DNA from: a bacterium
GTDB lineage: Bacteria > Patescibacteriota > Patescibacteriia > JACQRZ01
Assembly (NCBI GenBank): GCA_030688365.1
Contig: JAUYIE010000021.1
Coordinates: forward strand, 9,866 to 73,865
Length of the DNA stretch: 64,000 bases
Reading direction: 5' to 3'
The position numbers and the translations under genes were made by a program. The notes beneath the pieces were generated by a model. It saw nothing but the letters and a program-made list of their open reading frames with translations. It made no database searches and was not told the origin of the DNA. Positions 47,418 through 60,095 of the stretch are shown here, in pieces (positions within the stretch are counted from its first letter, which is position 1; every line of letters begins with the position of its first letter).

Positions 47418-50400
47418 ATGAAAAATAATGATGACAGACATTTTTCTGCATTCAAAGCGGACATACGACACTTGTATGTTTTGTTTGTTTTTATGATTCT
47501 TACTTTGGGTGTCGGAGTTTTTTTGTTGACACAGAGTAGGAGTGGAGATAGTTTGGCAGCTAGTACAATTGTAGATTCAGGAATTCAGGCTGGTCAGTAT
47601 ACATCAATAGCTATGGCTGCTGATGGCTACGCTCGAATTAGTTATTATCAGCAGAATGGTGGTGATCTTAAATTTGCTCAATGTACGAATGCAGATTGTA
47701 GCACAAACAATCTTACGGTTGTTGATTCTACTGGCGATGTTGGTGAATATACGTCTCTCGCTATGGCCGATGACGGATTTGCGCGTATTAGTTACTATGA
47801 TGAGACAAATACTGATATTAAATTCGTACAATGTACAAATGACGCATGTTCGACAAGTGTTATTACAACAATTGATTCTATGGGTGATGTCGGGAAAGAT
47901 ACAGCAATAACAATGGCCGATGACGGATTTGCGCGTATTAGTTACTATGATGAGACAAATACTGATATTAAATTCGTACAATGTACAAATGACGCATGTT
48001 CGACAAACGTTATTACTACGGTGGCTACGAACTCCCTTGGCTATGGTACCGATATCGCTATGGCCTCTGATGGGTATGCTAGGATCACCCACTATGCAAC
48101 TTCAATATATTCATATTTGCAGTTTATTCAATGTACAAATGCGGATTGTTCGACGAAAAATAGCACAAATATCTATCCCGCAGCTCCGGGGAGTGGGGGA
48201 ATTGGTAGTTCTGTTGCGATGGCAGACGACGGATACGCCCGTATTACATATCACGATGATTCAGCGGGTGGATCCGTAAAATTTGTTCAATGCACTAATG
48301 ACGCATGTTCAACAAACGTTCTTACTGATGTGGAAGCTCAATCCTATTCACCCTCTGCTCAAACATCACTTGCGATGGCAGACGACGGATACGCTCGGAT
48401 TGCTTATCTTGATACTGATAATGTTGATGTCAAATTTGTGCAATGCACGAATGATGCATGTTCCACAAATACTATATCCACTGTTGATAGTACTGGATCT
48501 GTAGGATGGTGGCCGTCTCTTGCTTTGGGTAGCGATGGATTTGCGAGGATTAGTTATTATGACTCGTCAAATACTGATCTCAAATTTTTCCAATGTGTTG
48601 ATGCTGCCTGTTCAAATGCTGCGCCAACAGCTTCTTCTGTCACTATCACTGGTACTGCTGAGGTTGATCAGCTACTCACAGGTAATTATACTTATGCTGA
48701 CACTGATGGTGACAGTGAAGGTACATCCACATTTCGGTGGCTTCGCGATGATGTGGCGATTGATGGTGCAACATCTTCTACATATACAACAGTAGAAGCT
48801 GATGGAGGTACGACTATAAAATTTGAAGTCACTCCTGTCGCCGCTACAGGTACATCTCCCGGCATTGCCGTTGAAAGCGTTGGAACCGCGATTACTGCGA
48901 ATAGCGCTCCCACCGCCCCCACCACACTGTATTCAAATACTGCTATCACCACGGCTCAAGCAGGTAGCGCCAATCCTACGACACTTGTAAATAATGATAT
49001 TGTGGTATCAGCCATTAACAATGACCCAGACGCTGATGCCGCTGATAAGTATGAAGTACAGGTTGCTACCGATAATGTATTTGCGAGCATTGTATATGAT
49101 TCCGGTAGTTCAGGTACTAGTATGACATCCACGGCGGACGGCGCTCGTTCACCTGATATTGGTATTCCTGTATCAATCACCGCTGGTACGACTTATTATT
49201 GGCGAATCAAATTTTGGGATACAAACTCTGCAGAGGGGGCATGGTCTCCATCAGCAGAAAGTGCTGCAACATTTCAAACAAATGCATCTCTCGCAACAGC
49301 TTTGACTACAATAGATAGCACAGGGACAGTAGGGCAATATACTTCCACAGTTGTTGCTTCTGATGGTTTTTCGCGTATTGCGTACTACGATACAACCAAT
49401 ACCGACCTCAAGTTTGCTCAATGTATTGATTCCACGTGTACCTCACCTGTTATAACGTCAGTAGATAGCACTGGTTCAGTCGGTCAATACACCTCTATTG
49501 CTATGGCATCTGATGGATTTGCGAGAATTAGTTATTATGACCAAACTAATGCTTCTCTCAAATTTGCTCAATGTACTAATGCTGCATGTTCCACAAGCGT
49601 TATTACTACAGTAGATAATACTGCTACTTCTGCAGGTACTTTTACATCGATTGTCATGGCATCTGATGGATTTCCTCGTATAGGGTACTATAGTTATATT
49701 GCTGGTGGTAAATTTGACCCGTCGTATTATCAGCTCAAGTTTGCTAAATGCGAGAACGCATCATGTTCGTCAAAAACTCTTTCGGTTGTAGATTCTTCTG
49801 GATCCCTCCAGGTTGGTCAATATGCTTCTCTCTCAATGTCTGCATCTGATGGATTTCCGCGTTTTTCCTATTATGATACGACTAACACCAGTCTCAAATT
49901 TGCTCAATGTACGGATGCCACATGCACTGCACCAGTACTAACTACGGTAGACAGTACTGACACTGTTGGATTATATACATCACTTACCATGGCTTCTGAC
50001 GGCTTTGCACGGATCAGTTATTATGATGCAACAAATAGGGATTTGAAGTTTGCACAATGTACGGATGCCGCCTGTACAAGTCCCGTACTAACAACCGTAG
50101 ACAGTACAGGCATTGTTGGTACATATACATCTTTAAAAATGGCATCCGATGGCTTTGCACGTATTGCGTATTATGATACAACTAACACTAATTTGAAGTT
50201 TGTAAAATGTACTGATGCTCCGTGTACTTCGGGAAGTGCGACGTTTACTTCTGTCGCGAGTGATGGGTCTGTGGGCACCTATGCATCTCTTGCGTTGACT
50301 TCAAGTGGTTACCCAACGATTTCTTACTATGACGCAACAAATCTCGATCTCAAACTCGCTTCCTGTACGAACTCTGTTTGTACTGATGCGGTGGAAAATG

Positions 50401-51236
50401 TCATCCCCACAGCTTCCTCCGTCTCCATCTCCGGTCTTGCTATAGAAGATGGAACCCTCACTGGTAGTTATACCTACACTGACGCTGATGGAGACGTCGA
50501 AGGTACTTCTACTTTCCGATGGCTTCGTGATGATGTCGCTATTGATGATGCTACCTCATCAACTTATGTCCTTGCCACCGATGATGTTGGTACTGCCATA
50601 AAGTTTGAAGTCACTCCTGTTGCAGACACTGGTCTCACCCCCGGTACGGCAGTAGCAAGTAGTGTTACTTCCACTGTTATACCTGCTCCTACCATGTCCT
50701 TTGACATAGACACTGCTACTACAGACACGGAAAGTGCTACACCCTACAGCGTTAGTCTTGGTACACTTTCTGCTTCAACACTCACCACCTCAAACAGTAG
50801 TATCAACAGTATATTCCTTGACCTGACCAGTAATGCAGGAAATGGTTCTACTATCACGGTCATGGGAAGTAACGGAGGACTCTATTCCACAACAGCAGAT
50901 AATACGATCACCCTAGCCACCAGCGAAGAAACTGTCATTGCAGGACAAGAGAAGTTTGGCATGTGTGTCGCAAGTGCCACACAGGTATCAGGAACAGGTA
51001 CATTCACTGCAAGTTCCACCTACGACGCGAACGGCGCGTCAAACTGCACCATATTAAACGGTGGAACACCCACCATCGGTAAGATCAACACCACTGCCAC
51101 ATCCATCCTTTCCACAGACGGCACTATTACCACAGGCAGAGCACAAATACTTCTCAAAGCAAGTATCACCGGCCTTACCCCGGCTGCCTCTGACTACACC
51201 GAAACCCTTACCTTCATTGCTACGGGGGAGTTTTAG
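47418..51236 (+). CDS. Large surface protein: two blocks of seven Cys-paired 50-aa repeats, Ig-like spacers, C-terminal beta domain
   Basis: TM anchor; repeats G.YTS.AMA.DGFARISYYD....LKF.QC....C counted 7+7; duplicated PTASSV.I.G...STFRWLRDD module. Confidence 0.85.
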   Translation: MKNNDDRHFSAFKADIRHLYVLFVFMILTLGVGVFLLTQSRSGDSLAASTIVDSGIQAGQYTSIAMAADGYARISYYQQNGGDLKFAQCTNADCSTNNLTVVDSTGDVGEYTSLAMADDGFARISYYDETNTDIKFVQCTNDACSTSVITTIDSMGDVGKDTAITMADDGFARISYYDETNTDIKFVQCTNDACSTNVITTVATNSLGYGTDIAMASDGYARITHYATSIYSYLQFIQCTNADCSTKNSTNIYPAAPGSGGIGSSVAMADDGYARITYHDDSAGGSVKFVQCTNDACSTNVLTDVEAQSYSPSAQTSLAMADDGYARIAYLDTDNVDVKFVQCTNDACSTNTISTVDSTGSVGWWPSLALGSDGFARISYYDSSNTDLKFFQCVDAACSNAAPTASSVTITGTAEVDQLLTGNYTYADTDGDSEGTSTFRWLRDDVAIDGATSSTYTTVEADGGTTIKFEVTPVAATGTSPGIAVESVGTAITANSAPTAPTTLYSNTAITTAQAGSANPTTLVNNDIVVSAINNDPDADAADKYEVQVATDNVFASIVYDSGSSGTSMTSTADGARSPDIGIPVSITAGTTYYWRIKFWDTNSAEGAWSPSAESAATFQTNASLATALTTIDSTGTVGQYTSTVVASDGFSRIAYYDTTNTDLKFAQCIDSTCTSPVITSVDSTGSVGQYTSIAMASDGFARISYYDQTNASLKFAQCTNAACSTSVITTVDNTATSAGTFTSIVMASDGFPRIGYYSYIAGGKFDPSYYQLKFAKCENASCSSKTLSVVDSSGSLQVGQYASLSMSASDGFPRFSYYDTTNTSLKFAQCTDATCTAPVLTTVDSTDTVGLYTSLTMASDGFARISYYDATNRDLKFAQCTDAACTSPVLTTVDSTGIVGTYTSLKMASDGFARIAYYDTTNTNLKFVKCTDAPCTSGSATFTSVASDGSVGTYASLALTSSGYPTISYYDATNLDLKLASCTNSVCTDAVENVIPTASSVSISGLAIEDGTLTGSYTYTDADGDVEGTSTFRWLRDDVAIDDATSSTYVLATDDVGTAIKFEVTPVADTGLTPGTAVASSVTSTVIPAPTMSFDIDTATTDTESATPYSVSLGTLSASTLTTSNSSINSIFLDLTSNAGNGSTITVMGSNGGLYSTTADNTITLATSEETVIAGQEKFGMCVASATQVSGTGTFTASSTYDANGASNCTILNGGTPTIGKINTTATSILSTDGTITTGRAQILLKASITGLTPAASDYTETLTFIATGEF
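47763..48006 (+). repeat. Identical 94-nt direct repeat at 150-nt period
   Basis: 47763-47856 equals 47913-48006 (atggccgatgacgg...gttcgacaa). Confidence 0.85.
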
Positions 51237-51308
51237 AGGAAAAGTCGGAAAATTAATGTATTGACCGCCTCAATATATCTTGATATAATGGGCATATTGT
51301 CATTTTTT

Positions 51309-51566
51309 ATGCCTACACAGTCAAAAGATACAGCTCGCTTAGTAGGACTCGCGCTCAACATCGGATGGCAGATTGCCATCCCGTTGGTAGTATGTGCGCT
51401 TGCGGGTCGTATGATAGACAGAGTATGGCACACCACCCCGTTATTTTTTTTAATGGGAGTTATCATTTCTTTGTTGCTGTCTTCATGGCTGGTCGTGCGT
51501 ATAGTGAGTCGCGTTATCACCGCCACCGCAGATACACACACTGATATCAAAACAGACAAACAGTAA
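51309..51566 (+). CDS. atpI: AtpZ/AtpI family protein
   Basis: IGWQIAIPLV..ALAGRMID....TTPLF; first gene of atp operon. Confidence 0.8.
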   Translation: MPTQSKDTARLVGLALNIGWQIAIPLVVCALAGRMIDRVWHTTPLFFLMGVIISLLLSSWLVVRIVSRVITATADTHTDIKTDKQ

Positions 51567-51568
51567 GT

Positions 51569-52309
51569 ATGCATATATCTATAAAAGCAGAACCGTTATT
51601 CCATATTTTTGGACTTCCTATCACAAACAGCCTCTTGGTAACATGGGTTGTTGTTGTTGCTTTGGTTCTTGCATCATATTTTGTCACGAGACGATTGACC
51701 CGCATACCAGGAAAAGCACAAAATATCATTGAAACTTTTTTTGAGTTACTTTTGGGGTTATTTGACGGCGTGACTGGTGACCGTGCGCTCACAAAAAAGA
51801 TATTTCCTCTTGTCGCGACGATTTTTATTTCCGTGCTGGCCGTAAACTGGACGGGACTTTTCCCCGGTGTTGGCACGATTGGTATCAATGAAATAGGACA
51901 TGAAGGTACCAAGCTTGTTCCATTTTTACGCGCGCCTTCTGCTGATCTCAACTTTACCCTCGGGCTTTCACTTATTAGCGTCATCATGATTCAAATCTGG
52001 GGTATTGGCGCTTTGGGAATAGGAAAATACAGCAAAAAGTTTATTTCTTTCAAAAATCCTTTATCCTTTTTTATTGGTATTTTGGAGCTTGTTTCGGAGT
52101 TTTCTAAGGTAATTTCCTTTTCATTTCGTCTTTTTGGCAATATTTTTGCGGGAGAAGTACTCTTGACGGTTATCCTATCCCTGACATACTATATTGTGCC
52201 GGTTCCATTTTTGATGTTGGAACTATTTGTCGGATTGATACAAGCACTGGTATTTTCACTTTTGACGGCCGTGTTTGTCACATTGGCGCGCCAAGAGGCA
52301 CATGAATAA
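51569..52309 (+). CDS. atpB: ATP synthase subunit a
   Basis: RAPSADLN, SFSFRLFGNIFAGE, IQALVF. Confidence 0.97.
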   Translation: MHISIKAEPLFHIFGLPITNSLLVTWVVVVALVLASYFVTRRLTRIPGKAQNIIETFFELLLGLFDGVTGDRALTKKIFPLVATIFISVLAVNWTGLFPGVGTIGINEIGHEGTKLVPFLRAPSADLNFTLGLSLISVIMIQIWGIGALGIGKYSKKFISFKNPLSFFIGILELVSEFSKVISFSFRLFGNIFAGEVLLTVILSLTYYIVPVPFLMLELFVGLIQALVFSLLTAVFVTLARQEAHE

Positions 52310-52362
52310 ATACAGACGCAAGCGGGCTTTTCGCCCTTTTACGCTTTTATTTATAACAGTAA

Positions 52363-52626
<264 letters not shown>

Positions 52627-52644
52627 GAATAGCATACTTGCATT

Positions 52645-53151
52645 ATGGAAGTATTTTCACAGCTGGGAATTGATTGGAAACTACTCATCGCGCAGATGGT
52701 CAATATTGTGATACTTTTGGCGCTTTTGTATAAGTTTTTGTATAAACCAGTACTTAAAGCATTGGATGATAGACAAAAGATGGTAACGGACAGTGTTCAT
52801 AAGGCCGATGAGATTGCAACACGTCTAAAGGTTACGGAAAAAGAACAACATGATTTGTTGGCAAAAGCGCGAGAGCAAGCACAAGAAATCGTTGCTCAAG
52901 CCCGTGATGTGGCTAAAGCGCAGACAGAAGAAGCGGTGACTCGGACACGAGCTGAAGTAGAAAATGTCGTACGACAGGCAAAAGTGCATATTGAAGCCGA
53001 AAAACAAAAAATGCTTGCAGATGCATCTTCTCAACTTGCTGATGTGGTAGTAGTTGCGACAAAAAAGATCATGGGAGAAGTGGCTGATGAAAAAATGGAA
53101 CGACTACTTGCACAAAAGGCAGTTGACGCATTAAAGGATGTCAACGTATGA
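52645..53151 (+). CDS. atpF: ATP synthase subunit b
   Basis: LGIDW..LIAQ, FLYKPV...LDDRQ, coiled coil. Confidence 0.93.
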   Translation: MEVFSQLGIDWKLLIAQMVNIVILLALLYKFLYKPVLKALDDRQKMVTDSVHKADEIATRLKVTEKEQHDLLAKAREQAQEIVAQARDVAKAQTEEAVTRTRAEVENVVRQAKVHIEAEKQKMLADASSQLADVVVVATKKIMGEVADEKMERLLAQKAVDALKDVNV

Positions 53152-53549
53152 ACTATACTGCCAAACAATATAGTCAGGCGTTGTTAGAGTGTTGCAAAAA
53201 AGCAAAACAGGAAGATATTGATGCTATGGTAGCTCGTCTTGAAACACTTTTAAAAAAACAAGGAAAGCGATCATTGCTGGCACCAATCATCAAACAAGTC
53301 AGAGATGCTGATGATAAGGCAAATGGCGTGACACATGTGAAGGTCACGACTGGCGCTGATACGTCGGTCAATGACACTGATATCTCAAAGATCGTACGTG
53401 ATTTAGGGAAAGAAGAGCCACAGATTACCATAGAGCATGATGATACAATCATCGCCGGAGTACGTGTCCTTGTTGACTCACAGTGGTACATAGATACGAC
53501 CACCAATCAATCCATCAAAAAATTATCCGACCAATTACACACACTATAG
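53148..53549 (+). CDS. atpH: ATP synthase subunit delta (short)
   Basis: [18 protein letters not shown]; position between atpF and atpA. Confidence 0.85.
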   Translation: MNYTAKQYSQALLECCKKAKQEDIDAMVARLETLLKKQGKRSLLAPIIKQVRDADDKANGVTHVKVTTGADTSVNDTDISKIVRDLGKEEPQITIEHDDTIIAGVRVLVDSQWYIDTTTNQSIKKLSDQLHTL

Positions 53550-53551
53550 AT

Positions 53552-55063
53552 ATGAGTACAAATTATTTAATACAAGAACTTGAAAAACGACTAAAGGGCT
53601 ACTCTCAAGAAGAGGAAGTCGCAGAGGTCGGCGTTGTTATTTCAGCGGGAGACGGCATCGCACGTATTGGCGGTCTTTCAAATGTACAGTCTGCTGAAAT
53701 GATTGAGATACAAACAGAAAAAGAAGTCATCATGGCAGTCGTGCTCAATCTTGAAGAAGACTCGGTGGGTGTGATGATTTTGGGTGATGCGGAAATGGTC
53801 AGAGAGGGGGACATGGCAAAGCGTACAAAACGTATTTTGCAGGTGCCTGTTGGTGAAGGACTGATTGGTCGTGTGGTAGGCCCACTTGGTGATACAAAAG
53901 ATGGTAAGGGCGTCATCAATGCCAATGGTTTTTATCCTGTAGAAAAAATCGCGCCCGGTGTGATCACTCGTCAATCAGTAAACAGACCGCTTCAGACAGG
54001 AATCAAAGCGATTGACTCCATGATTCCCATTGGACGAGGGCAACGCGAGCTCATCATCGGTGATCGTCAAACAGGAAAGACCGCGATTGCGATAGACACG
54101 ATTATCAATCAAAAAGGACAAGATGTGATCTGTATCTATGTCGCGATTGGTCAAAAGGATTCTAAAGTTGCCAAAATCAAAGCGCGTTTGGAAAGTATGG
54201 GCGCGATGGAATACACGACTATCGTAGTCGCAGGAGCATCTGAAGCTGCCGCACTTTCATATATCGCCCCTTATGCTGGTTGTGCGATCGGTGAATATTT
54301 TATGGACAAAGGCAAGGATGTGTTGATCGTATATGATGATCTTTCTCGTCATGCTGTATCGTATCGTGAGATCTCACTTCTTTTGCGTCGTCCGCCAGGA
54401 CGTGAGGCATACCCTGGAGATGTGTTCTATTTACATTCCCGTTTGCTGGAACGTTCTGCAAACTTGAGTAAGGAGTTTGGCGGTGGTTCTTTGACTGCAC
54501 TTCCTATCATTGAGACACAAGCAGGTGATGTGTCAGCATACATTCCAACCAATGTGATTTCCATTACTGATGGACAGATTTATTTGGAAGCGGATCTTTT
54601 TTATCAAGGTATTCGTCCCGCACTCAATGTTGGTTTGTCGGTGTCTCGTGTAGGGTCTGCAGCTCAAACAAAAGCAATGAAAAAAGTTGCGGGTACACTC
54701 CGTCTTGACTTGGCTCAATACAGAGAGCTTGCAGCATTTGCGCAGTTTGGTTCTGATTTGGATGAAGAAACCAAACACCGTCTTGAAAGAGGAAAACGTG
54801 TAACAGAAGGATTGAAACAAGGACAGTATGTGCCGATGTCCGTCGCGCAACAAGTTATCATCTTGTATGCAATCGTGAATGGATATGCCGATGAGATAGA
54901 GGTTGCGCGTATTGCGGATTATGAAAAAGGACTGTTGGAGTATTTCATGACCGTGAAAAAAGAACTGTTTGAAACCATCAGTGAAAAGAATGAATTTACT
55001 CCAGAGATAGAGAGCTCGCTCAAAGAAGCTTTGGAAGAATATAAGGGAATGTTTAGCTCATAA
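53552..55063 (+). CDS. atpA: ATP synthase subunit alpha
   Basis: [36 protein letters not shown]. Confidence 0.98.
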   Translation: MSTNYLIQELEKRLKGYSQEEEVAEVGVVISAGDGIARIGGLSNVQSAEMIEIQTEKEVIMAVVLNLEEDSVGVMILGDAEMVREGDMAKRTKRILQVPVGEGLIGRVVGPLGDTKDGKGVINANGFYPVEKIAPGVITRQSVNRPLQTGIKAIDSMIPIGRGQRELIIGDRQTGKTAIAIDTIINQKGQDVICIYVAIGQKDSKVAKIKARLESMGAMEYTTIVVAGASEAAALSYIAPYAGCAIGEYFMDKGKDVLIVYDDLSRHAVSYREISLLLRRPPGREAYPGDVFYLHSRLLERSANLSKEFGGGSLTALPIIETQAGDVSAYIPTNVISITDGQIYLEADLFYQGIRPALNVGLSVSRVGSAAQTKAMKKVAGTLRLDLAQYRELAAFAQFGSDLDEETKHRLERGKRVTEGLKQGQYVPMSVAQQVIILYAIVNGYADEIEVARIADYEKGLLEYFMTVKKELFETISEKNEFTPEIESSLKEALEEYKGMFSS

Positions 55064-55065
55064 AT

Positions 55066-57331
<2,266 letters not shown>

Positions 57332-57341
57332 CGAGTCCGAT

Positions 57342-57491
57342 GGTTGGGGATTATATCCTTCGGGTCGTCAAAATCCCCTGCGAGGATTTTGACTTAGTAC
57401 CCAAAGGGCATCTACGATCCTCGCTCGCTCTTGCCCTTTGGGCAAACCATGCCCGCTCTCTGCGGAATCCCGAAGAATACAATCCCCAACC
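57342..57491. repeat. 150-nt element with 23-nt terminal inverted repeats and three internal hairpins (MITE-like or structured RNA)
   Basis: 57342-57364 versus 57469-57491 match 21/23; hairpins 57367-57393, 57400-57442, 57453-57465. Confidence 0.7.
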
Positions 57492-57515
57492 CTCTCAACA
57501 AGATATTACCTTTTT

Positions 57516-57926
57516 ATGCCATTACACATTTCAATTGTCAGCCCAGAACGTGAATTGTTTGCCGGGGAGGCAGACCAGATCACCATGCCTACGCAAGAGG
57601 GTGAGATCACGGTACTTCCCGGACACGTTTCACTTGTTTCTCTGCTCAAAGCAGGGGAGGTTTTGATAAAACAAAATGGCGATGTGATTCCGATGGTCGT
57701 GTCAGGTGGATTTGCTCACATAGAAGCGAGGCGTGTGATTGTTTTGGCTGACACAGCGGAACGAGTTGAAGAGCTCATGTTGGAACGCGCGCAGGAAGCA
57801 TACGAACGTGCGCAGGAGGAGCTTTCAAAGACGCACATGGATGCTCGCGAATATGCCGCGATGGCGGCAAATCTTGAACGAGAACTTGCTCGTTTGAAAG
57901 TGGCGAGGAAGTATAGGAATAGGTAG
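57516..57926 (+). CDS. atpC: ATP synthase subunit epsilon
   Basis: IVSPER, GEITVLPGH, VSGGF, VLADTAE. Confidence 0.96.
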   Translation: MPLHISIVSPERELFAGEADQITMPTQEGEITVLPGHVSLVSLLKAGEVLIKQNGDVIPMVVSGGFAHIEARRVIVLADTAERVEELMLERAQEAYERAQEELSKTHMDAREYAAMAANLERELARLKVARKYRNR

Positions 57927-57989
57927 TATTTTGGTATTCCATTTCTTTGCGGTATACTTGTGTCATACAAGTATATATACATTACTATT

Positions 57990-58340
57990 ATGCTGAACGT
58001 GCAACGAGAAGGACAGCAACTTCATTTTGACGACGAGAAAGAACTTCTTGTGTTTATCGCTGAAAAAATGGCGTTCAAAGAGGATGTTGATAATTTGGAA
58101 AAGCGCGTAACAGTGATCGAGAACACCATGGCCACCAAGGATGATCTCAGGGGTATGGCTACAAAGGAAGATTTGAATGGCATGGCCACAAAAGAAGACC
58201 TGAAAAAAATGGAGGCTAGTTTGAAAGATTATACTGATAAAAAAGTGGAGGAAGTCAAACACCATACTTCCGTATTGCTCAAAAATAAAGAAGTTATCAA
58301 CAAAGACGAGGCCCTGCAATATATGCGAGCAAGCAGGTAA
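57990..58340 (+). CDS. Coiled-coil protein with MATK(D/E)DL repeats
   Basis: Three 9-aa units (27 nt, 58128-58208). Confidence 0.75.
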   Translation: MLNVQREGQQLHFDDEKELLVFIAEKMAFKEDVDNLEKRVTVIENTMATKDDLRGMATKEDLNGMATKEDLKKMEASLKDYTDKKVEEVKHHTSVLLKNKEVINKDEALQYMRASR

Positions 58341-58346
58341 TGGTAT

Positions 58347-58946
58347 ATGCCAAATATCATCATCGTCTGCGGACTCCCCGGAAGCGGAAAAACAACTCTG
58401 GCGACAGCGCTTTCTAAAAGGCTTGGTTGGGTGTGCTTTCATAAAGACACAATCAAGGAAAGTCTGTATGACTCCATGGGATTTTCTACTCTTGAGGATA
58501 GTAAATACCTTGGTGCTATTTCCATGCGATTATTGTTTGATCTTGCACAAGAACAACTCGCGCGCAATATAGACCTCATCGTTGAAGCACCATTTAATTT
58601 TGAGTCGGATTATCCAACAATACGTCAATGGGAGAGAGATTACGGATGCGCTATCTATACGGTGATTTGTTCTGTTGATGACCAGGCGCGAACGCAACGC
58701 GTCGCAGATCGTCCACGTCATGCATCTCATCATGACGCTGATCGGTCTTTTAATCTCGGTGATGAAAAAGTATATGAACGCATTCCGGGAAAACATATTA
58801 ATATAGTAACAAGCCAGTCTGTTGAGGTACTGGTGGAGAAGGTAATAGATGATTTGTTAATATCTGACATAGAAAAAGCTAGATTGCAAGTTAAAAAAGG
58901 TGAAGTTGTTTCTCAAGAACAAGTGCTTAAACAATTTGGAGTATGA
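58347..58946 (+). CDS. P-loop kinase (AAA_33-like)
   Basis: GLPGSGKTT, HKDTIKE, lid RVADRPR. Confidence 0.85.
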   Translation: MPNIIIVCGLPGSGKTTLATALSKRLGWVCFHKDTIKESLYDSMGFSTLEDSKYLGAISMRLLFDLAQEQLARNIDLIVEAPFNFESDYPTIRQWERDYGCAIYTVICSVDDQARTQRVADRPRHASHHDADRSFNLGDEKVYERIPGKHINIVTSQSVEVLVEKVIDDLLISDIEKARLQVKKGEVVSQEQVLKQFGV

Positions 58947-58969
58947 CCATAATAATTTAACCTAACCAT

Positions 58970-59407
58970 ATGTCACAAGATACACAACAGGTCAAAACAG
59001 TAGTGCTCGTAAAATGCGTTGATTGGCGCTTACATGAAACCGCAGAGGAATATATCAAACAACAGCTTCAATCGCAGTATCCCGATCATCTAATCAAAAT
59101 ATATGTATTGAGAGTCGCCGGTGCATGCAAGGATTTGGATGATGCAAGTAAACACGCCAGCGATATCATGGGTATCGCTCATGATGTGGAATATATGTAC
59201 TTGTGCAATCACCTCAACTGCGGGGCATATGCGAGTCGTGTTGCCAGTGAAGGGCTTGACGCACAAGGCGAAGAAGAAATGCATCGTAATGAAGTTGCGC
59301 GTCTCAAGGATATCATGCAAGAAAAATTTCCAGAATTAAACATCATTTCTCTCATTGAGCGCTTGGTCAATGACGCGGGCGCGGGCATGATTGAGCTCGA
59401 TATATAA
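58970..59407 (+). CDS. Minimal beta-carbonic-anhydrase-like protein
   Basis: CVDWR, AGA, NHLNCGAY Zn-ligand pattern. Confidence 0.75.
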   Translation: MSQDTQQVKTVVLVKCVDWRLHETAEEYIKQQLQSQYPDHLIKIYVLRVAGACKDLDDASKHASDIMGIAHDVEYMYLCNHLNCGAYASRVASEGLDAQGEEEMHRNEVARLKDIMQEKFPELNIISLIERLVNDAGAGMIELDI

Positions 59408-59506
59408 GGATATTTGGTACAAAGTGGATAACTTTGTCAGAAGCGGGGTTGACAAACCTCGTTTTTGGTTATATGGTTATTAGATATTAGATATTGGTAG
59501 CAAAAA

Positions 59507-60013
59507 ATGGGAGACAAGCTGATGATTTTTAGTCGCACATTAAAAACAAAAAAAGTAACAAAAAAGTACGTGATTCGGTATCAATGTTTTGACGATAGAC
59601 TGTGTGAGATCACAGAGGATTTCGTGGTTAGACATGAAGGTGTTGAATCTTGCAAAGAACTTCCCTGCGCTGGGGGTGTGAAAGAGATTGCAGTACCGAC
59701 ACATCAAAGTGTTCAGGATTTTATTTTGTGTCATTTTAGAATCGTAATAAATGGCATAAGAAAGAAAGACCCAGATGCGGAGATCATCGTCTATCTATTT
59801 AATCATACGGATTGTCATTATTATAGGAATCACCCAAATTATGCTGTGTTTGAAACCTATGAAGAAGAGATAGAGACACATATACAGCATCTGTTCATAG
59901 CAGCCGAGATAGTCACTCTGACATTTAATGTCAGGGTTGTGCCAGTCTTGGTAAGACTTGAAGACAGTGTTGAATTTGAAGTTATTGCAATACCTGAGTT
60001 TGCGTACGTGTAG
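59507..60013 (+). CDS. Second beta-carbonic-anhydrase-like protein (divergent)
   Basis: CFDDR, AGG, NHTDCHYY. Confidence 0.65.
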   Translation: MGDKLMIFSRTLKTKKVTKKYVIRYQCFDDRLCEITEDFVVRHEGVESCKELPCAGGVKEIAVPTHQSVQDFILCHFRIVINGIRKKDPDAEIIVYLFNHTDCHYYRNHPNYAVFETYEEEIETHIQHLFIAAEIVTLTFNVRVVPVLVRLEDSVEFEVIAIPEFAYV

Positions 60014-60095
60014 CAAAAGTATTTTTCGAGTCACCATCATGAAAAAACCTAGGTGGGCTCTTTTTTTTTACCCGCGTGAGTGCTACAGTATCGCT

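Noticed and set aside
47560-50400. Periodic repeats as a CRISPR array
   Set aside because: In-frame coding repeats of about 150 nt; no cas genes
57342-57491. Cloverleaf as a tRNA
   Set aside because: Too long; no T-loop GTTC motif or 7-nt anticodon arm geometry
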